Assembly: GCA_000182565.2 (NCBI GenBank)
Contig: KQ257466.1
Direction: 5' to 3' (one strand)
Length of the DNA: 64,000 nt
Source of the DNA: Spizellomyces punctatus DAOM BR117
Taxonomy: Eukaryota
Below, piece after piece: positions 26,318-36,019 of the stretch. Made by a program: the position numbers and the translations under genes. The number at the start of each line of letters is the position of its first letter. Position 1 is the stretch's first letter. The notes under the pieces were generated by a model. That model saw only the letters and a program-made list of their open reading frames with translations. It was not told the origin of the DNA and made no database searches.

Positions 26318-27394
26318 TTATGATTTCAACTGCGCCAACCGCTTCATTAACGCATCCGATTCATCCTCTCTTTGGACAGATTGGGTTGCGTCCAATCGTG
26401 TCCGCGGTACTTGAGCAGCCTAAAAATCCAGGAAAAACCAGGGTTATTACCATTCAATCCTTTTCGTCCCATTTTTTTTTTGAAATATGGGTTATGCGAA
26501 CAAAAAAGAATTTGTTTACCTTTGTTGTTAGATCCAATCCAATTTCATCAAAGACGGCGTTCATGATGTTTTGTGATTCTTCTTGATCACCCTCTTCGTC
26601 CATCATTGAATCTAGGACGTCGTTTACTGGGGATAATGACACCAGTAAGTCACAAAAAAACATTAATGAACATGGATGGGCTTTTTGTAAAAACTCACTC
26701 ATGTCATCCTTCATATCCATCTTTGTATTCTCTTCCCCAAATTGCATCATGGTTTTCTGTAATTGTCCTAAATCGGTAGCCTTGTTTGATGCCGCCATGA
26801 CACGGGTAGCCGAACTCATTGCCTTGGCTGTGGCTGCTTGTGAGGCCATCGTCTACCAAGTAATCTATCAGCATCTATGCAAAAAAGATCGGCACATTTC
26901 TCATCTTGCTTACAGTCGCTTTGACTCGGAGTCCTCCAACCTGGGCATTGACACGGGTGTTTTTTTCAATGTGCTTTCGAAGCTGGAGGAGTTGTTTTGC
27001 TAGGGTTTTTGCTTCGGCTGTTCGCCCTTGTTTTGCAGCCTTTTTGATGTCCGCGATCTGTTATGGTGAATGCAGCGTGAGAAACGTTGCTGGAAAGATA
27101 GTTTCCAACACTCTCTAGCCTCCCATCGATAACCACCGTTTGCAGCAGTTACGGTAATACATCTCCCACCCCTCGTTTTGCTATGTGCCGAAAAATACTC
27201 ACAATCTGCTTCTCTTGGCGCTCCAATCCGCTACGATCTTTCCCCAGCTCTCGCTGAATGGTCCGTACTTCGCGACTGGTTGCCCGTACCTGATCTATTT
27301 CCAGTCAGCATATAAGTATTCCCATTGCAAAAAGACTTGGCAGGAAACACGGCAGCAGACCTTTTACATTCGGCTTTTTTTGTAGCAAATTCAT
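26318..27394 (-). CDS. CHMP2B: ESCRT-III Snf7-family protein, CHMP2B/Vps2-like, multi-exon
   Basis: Exons DQVRATSREVRTIQRELGKDRSGLERQEKQI, IADIKKAAKQG, KTMMQFGEENTKMDMKDDM, QNIMNAVFDEIGLDL; C-terminal MIM-like DALMKRLAQLKS*. Confidence 0.85.
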
Positions 27395-27600
27395 TATGGT
27401 TGTGTTTTGAAGAGTGAGTGAAATAAAGTGCACTCAGTCCATGCAAGCAGGTGGAATGATGTCAAGAAAAGCTTGGCAAGTGGTTCCGAGGTTGACCCTC
27501 AAATATCCCTAGGATCTGTGATGACGATGCTTACATAATGCCCCGTTTTCGCACACATCACACCAGTATTGAGAAAATAAAACGAGTTCAAAGGATAACA

Positions 27601-27630
27601 TAGTGCGGAGCCGATGGGTATTGGCCCTAG
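27601..27630 (+). repeat. Left terminal inverted repeat (including TA)
   Basis: TAGTGCGGAGCCGATGGGTATTGGCCCTAG, preceded by CA, giving CATA at 27599-27602. Confidence 0.93.
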
Positions 27631-27728
27631 TGCAATGATTCCAACCAATTTAATCATAATTTTACTCGATTTAGGCAAATGAACTATGGTGCGATGCATA
27701 AAAGATGCTCCACCATTGAAAAACGGGT

Positions 27729-27773
27729 CCAATATGTGCGGGAATTTTCGCAGTTGCCACATTTCTATATAAA
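27729..27773 (+). promoter_or_regulatory. Putative Pol II promoter of the Fanzor gene
   Basis: CCAAT at 27729-27733 and TATATAAA at 27766-27773, then a pyrimidine-rich leader up to the ATG at 27843. Confidence 0.5.
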
Positions 27774-27842
27774 CCCCTCCACTATCGTCTCTCCCTGCCC
27801 ATTTTCCCAGGCTTTCTTTCATCTTTTTCCACAGATATCATC

Positions 27843-29759
27843 ATGCCGCCAAAGAAGAAGCAAAAGCTTGAAAGGCTCAAAAAACTCGACAAACCCACCT
27901 TACATACCTGCAACAAGACGTCCTTTGCAAAGGCTTTCTTGCCTAATGAGACCTACCGGCAGCGTCTTCTAGATTACATCGCCATCATCCATCAACTCGC
28001 TGACCATGCTTCCCACGCTCTCAAATTCTACATCCTCTCTACATCCACATCGTCTTTCCCGGTTGTTCACGAAGATACAATCGAAGCCATTCTCTATCTT
28101 CTCAACAAGGGGGAGGCTTGGCATCCAAGAAAGGAAGCAAAGAAGGCATGGCGGGATTGTTTGTTGCCATATGTTCAACGGTACTGCCAAATCGTCGGCT
28201 TCATTCATCCAAATCTACGAGGCGAGCAGCAGTCAATTAATTACCTGACAGTGAGTATGATGACGAACCTGAAAGTCAACGTTCAAGAGCATTTCATGCA
28301 GATGCTGCTCCGGTACATTAATCTGCGGTTCGACGTGAAGGGACAGAAGCAGCGACTGCCACCGAAAAGCGATGCGCGAAAGGCTTTCTTTACTCGGCTA
28401 CGCTACTTGAAGTCGGTTTTCCTTTTTGATGTGGTGCCCGAGTTGGAGTTCCTGGATGACTTGACACCATTGGAGAGCGAGGTTCTTGAAGAGATTTGGT
28501 CATTGGATCTCCCATTCCTTCCTAACGATCCCCTTGCCTACGCCATTGTTGCTGATCCGATGTCATTTTTTCCCGCGTACTGCAAACTCTCTGGGCTGTA
28601 TGAACAATATGGCTTCCAACGGTTCAGTGCGATACCTCTGCGCCGCTCGCTCATTCAAAGTCACGTGCGAATCGACACCATCATCCTGTACCAGCATATC
28701 CTTTGCATCACGCGGCGAGACGCAGAAACTGTCGAAAAGGATGATCTGTGGATGCGCGTCTGCAATCTATGTACCAAGGCTTTTCGGTCTCGCTGTGGTA
28801 TGCATTTTGAAGGCTCAATCACCACGGATGGAGCCTCGGTGTCTGTATACCTAAAGCACCCAGAAGCAGACAAGTATGGAAAGCGCGGAGCGAGAAAGTC
28901 AGCAAACACGGTGGCTGCAGAGGTTAAAGCGCTTTATGTGGAGAACAACTTACCTGCTTGTCGAGCAGCAGAGAATGTCGTCGTTATCGACCCAAACAAG
29001 CGCGACATTCTCTACTGCCAAGACAGCAATGGTACGACATTTCGCTACACCGCCAACCAGCGAGCCGTGGAGACTGGAAGCCGGCGGTTTGCAAAGAGAC
29101 GAGAAGCAATGAAGGAAGAAGCTGGAGTTGATCTCATAGAATCACGAATACCATCCCACAAAACAATGAACCTCATGGACTTCACTCGCTACCTTCTCGT
29201 TCGCCGCGCTGATTGGGATCGTCGCAAGGAATTCTATTCGCATCCTGCTCATACTCGATGGAAATGGCACTCCTTCATAAACCGTCAGAAGAGCGAATCA
29301 GACCTCATAAGTAACATGCGCAACAAGTACGGTGAAAACTTTACTGTTGTGATGGGTGATTGGAGCGACGCTGGTCGAACTGCGAGATTTCAGACCTCAT
29401 CAAAGACAAAAGGCTGGCGCACCCTCTTTAAGCGCAACCGCATTGATTGTTTCCTTCTCGACGAGTACAAGACCTCATCTGTTTGCCCTCGCTGTTCCTC
29501 ATCTGAGTTTGTGGAGAAAAAATTCAAAACACGACCTCATTCAAGACCTTGGCGCCGTCGTGAAGGCAAGATTGAAAAAGTCCACGGACTGCTGGGTTGT
29601 ACCAACCCTAACTGTTTGCAGCAAGCCTGGACATCGGGAATGCGCTACTGGAATCGAGATATGCTGTCAACCTGCAACATGCTATTGATTGTGAGATCAA
29701 TGTTGGATGGACACGGTAGACCAGAAGTGTTCAGCAGGAGTGTTCCAGCCGTAGCGTAG
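27843..29759 (+). CDS. Fz1: Fanzor1: eukaryotic TnpB/Cas12-like RNA-guided DNA endonuclease (638 aa; recalled as SpuFz1)
   Basis: RuvC-I VVVIDPN (D383); VVMGDWS; rearranged RuvC-II LLDEYKTSSVC (E541); Zn finger C548-x2-C551...C586-x4-C591; RuvC-III WNRD (D606); WED-type TDGASVSV; N-terminal NLS PPKKKQK; intronless. Confidence 0.96.
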   Translation: MPPKKKQKLERLKKLDKPTLHTCNKTSFAKAFLPNETYRQRLLDYIAIIHQLADHASHALKFYILSTSTSSFPVVHEDTIEAILYLLNKGEAWHPRKEAKKAWRDCLLPYVQRYCQIVGFIHPNLRGEQQSINYLTVSMMTNLKVNVQEHFMQMLLRYINLRFDVKGQKQRLPPKSDARKAFFTRLRYLKSVFLFDVVPELEFLDDLTPLESEVLEEIWSLDLPFLPNDPLAYAIVADPMSFFPAYCKLSGLYEQYGFQRFSAIPLRRSLIQSHVRIDTIILYQHILCITRRDAETVEKDDLWMRVCNLCTKAFRSRCGMHFEGSITTDGASVSVYLKHPEADKYGKRGARKSANTVAAEVKALYVENNLPACRAAENVVVIDPNKRDILYCQDSNGTTFRYTANQRAVETGSRRFAKRREAMKEEAGVDLIESRIPSHKTMNLMDFTRYLLVRRADWDRRKEFYSHPAHTRWKWHSFINRQKSESDLISNMRNKYGENFTVVMGDWSDAGRTARFQTSSKTKGWRTLFKRNRIDCFLLDEYKTSSVCPRCSSSEFVEKKFKTRPHSRPWRRREGKIEKVHGLLGCTNPNCLQQAWTSGMRYWNRDMLSTCNMLLIVRSMLDGHGRPEVFSRSVPAVA

Positions 29760-29780
29760 AACGTAGATTGGTTAGATTAG

Positions 29781-29870
29781 GTTTTCCGAGCCGGTTGTCG
29801 CGCGGTTCAATCCCTGGTGCGGGTGCTAGTGCCAATACCCACCGGCTCCGCACTATCTATAGGTTATGAA
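29781..29870 (+). ncRNA. omegaRNA: ~75-nt scaffold (29781-29855) plus guide read from flanking host DNA (TCTATAGGTTATGAA...)
   Basis: Lies just downstream of the stop codon and overlaps the right TIR. GAGCCGGT (29788-29795) pairs with ACCGGCTC (29841-29848), enclosing hairpins CGCGCGG/CC-TG-GTGCG and GGGT/ACCC. Location matches the TnpB/Fanzor right-end RNA rule. Exact ends are inferred. Confidence 0.88.
29826..29855 (+). repeat. Right terminal inverted repeat (including TA)
   Basis: CTAGTGCCAATACCCACCGGCTCCGCACTA; two mismatches to the reverse complement of the left TIR. Confidence 0.93.
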
Positions 29871-29977
29871 ATCAAATTACAAATAAATACATCAATGAGA
29901 CGAGTGCCCTGGTGCAAGATCTACCATCTGCACTACTCTTCTCAATAATCTTGCCATTAATTATCTTAGCAGACCAA

Positions 29978-30826
29978 CTATTCCGTTTGCCTTCTTTGGG
30001 CCACAACCGCGGTTGCCTGAGGCATCATATCGGGAAACCATTTCGGCCATACATATCCATACATGACAACCCAAAAAGCCAAGCCTGCAATTGTTCCTGC
30101 AATTTTCTCTTGCCACGTGTGGAAATAAACGCTCGTCGCGATGAGCATCGTGTACCAGAGAAGGAGGAGGAAAATGAGAACGCTGGATAGGATTGCGGTT
30201 GCGTTTGCGTATCGTGGACGGACGACTTGAGGTCTGACTAGGAGTTGAAGTTCTTCGTAAATAAAGAGGGACATGTGGATAAGAATGCTGTAAATGGGAA
30301 AAGGTGAGCCGTGACATTCGTATACCATCATCCAAACCCTGTCAAAATACTCACAAACAATGCCCTGACGTATCAAACCCAATCCACTCTCCCCCATTCC
30401 GAACACAAATCCGTGGATGTCCGTGCCCATCAATGCTGCACGTTCCAGACACTAGTAATACGCGGTCAAATAGCGAATGTCCAAACGCCCACTGAGCAAA
30501 CAACACCCAGTAGCTCGTTGCTGCCGTCCAGCGTATGACGGCACGTCGACGGTATCCCGGTGGCGAGGCAAAGAGGGCAAACAAAAGGAGGGTGACGCCT
30601 GTCCAAAACTGTGCGTAAAAAAGGCTATTGGGTTAGGGGTTTGTCACCACAGGCGCAAAACGACGTGTAGCAACTTTACCCATCCACGCTTGGCAAAGTA
30701 TACATTGAGAGGATTTCGTTTATTCGAGAAGACAGATGGTGGTGGTGGGGCAAAAGTGTGAAGAATGGAGCCAACGAGTACAGTCAAAGAATAGAATAAA
30801 AGGAGGTTTCGTTGGTATCTCTTCAT
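29978..30826 (-). CDS. SCS3: FIT-family (Scs3/FITM2) acyl-CoA diphosphatase, ER membrane protein, multi-exon
   Basis: Family motifs NKRNPLNVYFAKRGW, GFDTSGHC, TSVYFHTWQEK. Confidence 0.88.
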
Positions 30827-32052
30827 CTTGACGATCTGCCAAAGATGCGAGAGGGCGACTTTAAGGTTATTCGTGCAAAATGGCAATTAGCCCGGAAAGA
30901 AAGAGATGTAGACCAATTGTAAAATGCAGTTGGTGATCCGTGATGATGGTTGAGTTGACTGAACTCCAACGTCAGACGCTGTCTCCCACTGATGACATTC
31001 GGTGGCATGGCAACAAGGTTGGCACAGCCATATCCAAGAAATCCATTATAAACAAGGCCAATGATCGTATTACGAGATGAAAGTAACATTGCCTGCTGTT
31101 GAATGACCCTGGAAAGGGAAACATTTTACATCATTCGACGGGACTCGAGGAAATGTCGCAGAAACGAGCAGCGCTCATCATCTGCCTAATACACAGCACT
31201 TGTGCGATCGATCAGTGCCTCCGGTAGGTCCAGTGGAATGTCGTCTTTCATGGAGTATCCCGTAAAAAACTATAGAAAAGTGCCTGGATGTTCTATTTCA
31301 GCAAACGAACTTCGGATTCAGCAAACTTTTCAAGATGATGCTGGACCAGGATTGGTATGGACTATGCATTTCGCGTGCACCTCTTTCAAGCACTCGACCA
31401 CTGAGACAGCAGTTCCTACAGGAGGTTATGCGCGATAAGCGATCTTTCATGAAAGCGGTTCTTCCGACAGGTTTCATAGCTTTTCGACTGGTCAAATTGT
31501 CCTTCCCGAGGAAATGATTTCCGGTAAACCTTGCAGGGTACCACCTTTGCTGTAATGTCCTGGATTCCGAGTCGCAAAGTCCCCTCCCGTTGTTCCTAAA
31601 ACACCAGGGAATGGTTCTTTATCGAATCAAAACATTGAACCGCTCTCTTACTGTTTGTCTTGGGAAAGTATGTATATATCTATGTGTTTAGTGATGATTT
31701 ACCTCGGCGCGAGGAAAACATGGCAAGGCAATGACAGTTAGTGGTAGATGACCAGTGAATGGTTTGTCTCGGATCCACCGCGACAGTAATCGGATCTAAC
31801 CCGAATGGAGCCGGAATTTAGCCCAAGAGTGTTCCAAATCCTGCCCAAATATAAAACCTTGCATGGAACGTTCCTGTCCGCGGTCCTTTGCTTTTTGCCA
31901 ATAGGAGCGTTCAACATTTTCCATAACCACTCATGCTATACGCTCAGGTCCATATATGATGTGCAATGAATGTATCCATTATATTACAGATGTTCGGTTC
32001 AATTGGATGTGCTAATCAACTCATGTGGAGAACAATCCAGCACCATTAACGT

Positions 32053-33367
32053 TCACGACCTTTTTCTTAGCCATCCCGGTATGAGAGCATCCATGGCATT
32101 CTTTGGCAAGGGAAATATTGGAGCATGATTGTCGGCTAGCTCCTTTAGGTACTCTTTTACATCTTTGCTACCATCGAATAGTGGTCGGGATGGCGTACGT
32201 ATAGTACTGTTGCGGGCACTTCTACGTGGCAGTGGCGGAGGGGGCGAGTCATCCCAGGCGGCGACAATTATAGGAGGGGTGGCCGACCGGGGTGTAGCAA
32301 TTGGTGTGGGTGTAGTGGGAGTGTGGGGGATTGGGTTATACAATGCTTCCTTGTGTTTCGAGCGTGTGACGATTGTGGTGGCGACTCTCTCATCCATAGT
32401 CAGGATACCATCCCTTTCACCATATACATCAGCTTTGGAGCTCAAAGTCTTCTTCTTTCGCCGCTTTGGACTCGGTACAGAACTGTCCGATTGGGTCTCT
32501 TCGGAGCTGTCATCGAGAACGATAACCTCAAGTGAACCTTCACGAACTACTTTGAAGGAGTTCGCAGACTGTACACTTTTTGAAACCATCTCATGCTGTG
32601 ATCGGCACGTCGGAGGATCTCGTACAGTGCTACTAGATCGCTTTCGTGATGTTGGCACCGGTGAAGGTCTGGGATTAGTTTCTACGGTTTCTTGTTTCAC
32701 TGATGGTCTCTTTGTTCGTTCATCTATGCTGGTGCTCCATTGTGAGTAGCTGGCGCTTGGAGCACTCGCTCCGGGTCTTAAATGCCATGGCAGTCCAGCC
32801 AAATTTCTGGTGGACTTTGCCCCTCTATGCAGCGGCCAGCGTTGACCGGGGAGAGAGCTCCTATTCCGCGCGATGTTCTTCGGTTTATATTGAGGGGTTC
32901 CACATAATAGACAGAGACAATCACTCTTTTGCTCGTAGAGCCATTCCAAATGAGGTTTAAACTCGGATGGGGAAGTAAATCGAGCTCCACTAATGATGGT
33001 TGAATAAACAAAGTGTCAAATTAGGATTATCAGAAAGCACTTGGACAGAGGGGCCCAATAGTCTCCCCATCATATTCATACCTAGGATGCCCACATAGAA
33101 CATGATATTTTGCGTCGTCTACTTTGATAGTCAAGAGCTCATAGCCGACGGGCCATCCGGTGAGTTGAAGTTGTCGTAGCCAGACGCTTGCAACGAGGGC
33201 TTGAGAAACACCCTGAACAGGATGCCACTTTTCTTCGCCATCAGAGTAGGCTGGTGGGGGCCGCCGCCGGTGTTTTGTTGACGCCATAAAGACTGCCTGC
33301 CCACTTGTTCAGGAGAGGTAGTCGGAGGTTTTAGAGCATCGGAAAAGGTCATCAAAGGTCGAAACAT
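32053..33367 (-). CDS. Hypothetical Ser/Pro/Arg-rich protein, probably spliced
   Basis: 298-codon frame with a PKRRKKK NLS-like motif plus upstream frames; no family recognised; 5' boundary uncertain. Confidence 0.4.
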
Positions 33368-33545
33368 TCATTGGAACCACCACAGCCGCCTGGCTAAGCC
33401 TTAGAACCGGATTGTCGACGATCGTTGCGCTTTCTCCTGCTTTTCCTTCTACTAGCCATTGCCCATTGGCAAACACTCAGTCAGCAGGACGTAGGAGAAG
33501 CTTTTACCGCACAAGTCGGCGCAACGGTTCACCTGCGACGTGAAT

Positions 33546-34570
33546 ATGACAACAAAGAGGCCTGTTCCCGAAGAAGGTGACCCAGCAGAAGCCAACGGGA
33601 CAGACAAACGGCCAAAAGTTGATGGGCCCAATGAGGACAAGTTAGGAGCAACAGATGACTTGGTCATTTCCAGTGATGCGGAGCATCCTGCAAACCTCAT
33701 TCCGGAGCTGTGTCGATTGTTTTGGACTCTGGGTTGGGTGACTGGTACCGGGTAGGTGATCTAGGCCCCTTTCCGTATCTCGACGTCGTCGACCTTGTGA
33801 TTCCTTACCCGCGTGTTTGCAGCGGTGGTATCACCATCAAACGGGACAACCATATATATATTGCTCCGTCTGGAGTTCAAAAGGAACGTATCCTACCCAA
33901 GCATCTTTACGTTCTGACAGCCAGCCTTCCCCGCACCATCCTCCGATCTCCTCCCCCGTCCCTCAAGCTAAAACCCTCACAGTGCACACCTCTATTTGCT
34001 AATGCCTACGATATGCGTAATGCTGGTGCATGCATTCACACGCACTCCCAGAATGCAGTCATGGCGACGTTAATGTATGGCAAAGAATTTGTTATAACTC
34101 ACCAAGAGATGATCAAGGGTATCAGGAAAGGCAGTACTAAAGAGAATTTGAGATACTTTGATAAGTTGGTTGTTCCAATTGTGGAAAATACTGCACAAGA
34201 GGAGGATTTGAAGGACAGGATGGCCAAGGTAATGTGACGATATACATGGTCTAGCGGAGAGGCATAAGCCTAACATTTTACCTCCTTATAAGGCCATTGA
34301 GGATTACCCTGACACGAACGCTGTTTTGGTCAGACGTCATGGTGTGTACGTATGGGGAGAGAATTGGGAAAAGGGTGAGTTTTACTTTGCAATACGTTCA
34401 CCACCCCTGGGACTTGCATTTGTTGACGATTTTGCCCATCCTTAGCCAAATCCATGACGGAGTGCTACGATTATCTGTTTGAAATTGCGGTGAAGATGAA
34501 GACTGCTGGGTTGGATCCAACCAAAATACCGGATGACAGCGAATATAGGCACCTCTGCGAGCACTGTTAA
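33546..34570 (+). CDS. MDE1: Methylthioribulose-1-phosphate dehydratase (MtnB/APIP), multi-exon
   Basis: [72 protein letters not shown]. Confidence 0.96.
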
Positions 34571-34815
34571 GGCTCACCTGGGGGAATGGATGGAGGGCGG
34601 TGAAATCGGCATACCTTCTTCTCCATGTTTAAGGAAGGAATTGACTTTTTTATATTCATACATGATCTGTAACTACGGAGTTTAAGACAATATAACGGGG
34701 TATATACGGATGATAAAATAACTACTTCTACGTTGACGATTCTTGACTGTAAACTATTTAATAACATTTAATTCTCTGGAAACTTATTCTCCAGGATTAT
34801 CCTATGTGGTGATTA

Positions 34816-35556
34816 TTATTCCTCGCAGCAGCAAAAGCACGCTTCTTTCTGAAAGTATCGGCCGGCATCGGCGTAGTTATTCAGGTATGCAATGCGATGA
34901 CTGTTGGTATCGGTGTCTGGAGACCGATTCAGGGATGTCCAAACTGTCAACTGCATGAACAGAAGAACAAACCGACTTGAGTAACCTCTAGAGTAAAATC
35001 AGCAGGCTGACTCTGTATCTAGAACGAACCTCTTTGAAAACACGGACACATCTGATGTAGTTGCTAGCGTCGAGGGTAAAGCGATGGTAGAGGCCTGCAG
35101 GCTAATACAGATGTCCGCATTAGTTCTTGATAATACCCCTTTTGCAGCTAAATCATCTTTGCATCCGCTCACCAGGACAATCAAGTCGCTCGGCCCAGCC
35201 TTGATACGGATCCAAACATCATTGGGACTTCGTACATCAAAGAACCCAGAACCTTCTACAACGAACCGAATCTCTTCATCGGGATGCATGTGTTCCGTGA
35301 AAAACATGTTGATCAACTGTTCATAATTAGGAAGCAGCTCTTTTGAGATTGTAATTTCATCTCGGTGCTTGTAGGCGCGCTCTGTACAAATCTCATCAAT
35401 GTGGAGCATGTAGTTGGGGAGTGATACATCTATCCGTGAAATTTGGATGCCCATTTTTGCAAGGAGTGAGAGCGGGACGGGGCGGTTGGGAGTGTACTGG
35501 TGTGGGTAGCGGCCATCGGAACGGTCGGTCGTATTGTAGTACCACGCTTCTACCAT
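34816..35556 (-). CDS. ADI1: Acireductone dioxygenase (ARD/MtnD), multi-exon
   Basis: MVEAWY start; FFTEHMHPDEEIRFVVEGSGFFDVR cupin metal motif; WIRI; PAGLYHRFTLD in the next exon. Confidence 0.95.
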
Positions 35557-36019
35557 CGTGCAGAAAACTTGTCACTAGATGGGGGATAGTTGGGTTTGTT
35601 GACAGTGAAGGATGGGGTCTGGGCAAAGAGCGTTGCCAGGAAGGTGGATGGGTCTTTCTGAAGCCATGCGTCCTTAAAAGAGGCGGGGTGTACTGACTCA
35701 GCACCCAACGGGCACTGGCCGGCATCCCCGCAATGACGTCGAGGAACAACGGTCACAGGCTCAACTCCTGCGGGCCCTCAACATACACAAACGTTTGTTG
35801 AATGCAAAAGGGGGGGTAGATTCCATCGTGGACAAAAAAAAAAAAAATACAAAAACAAATAAATAAAGGAGGGGAGACAAACCCTAGGAAAAGCGCGGGG
35901 GGATTAATATTACAAGGAATCCCCCCGAGGAACGCGACACGGTGATTGTCCGGAAGCGGCAGACACGACTCTTCAATTCCACTCAACTGGCATCCCCGTC
36001 TCACCTTTCTGACGCAACC

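Larger units (their letters stand above)
27601..29855 (+). mobile_element. Non-autonomous TIR transposon carrying Fanzor1 (Spu-1-type element); TA at both ends (probable target-site duplication); no transposase
   Basis: The left end TAGTGCGGAGCCGATGGGTATTGGCCCTAG and right end CTAGTGCCAATACCCACCGGCTCCGCACTA are reverse complements at 28/30 positions. They bracket a single intronless ORF between two host genes. Confidence 0.93.

Noticed and set aside
29851-29855. CACTA at the element end suggesting a CACTA/EnSpm transposon
   Set aside because: Orientation is reversed: the element begins TAGTG and ends CACTA, whereas EnSpm elements begin CACTA. The TA is better explained as the target duplication.
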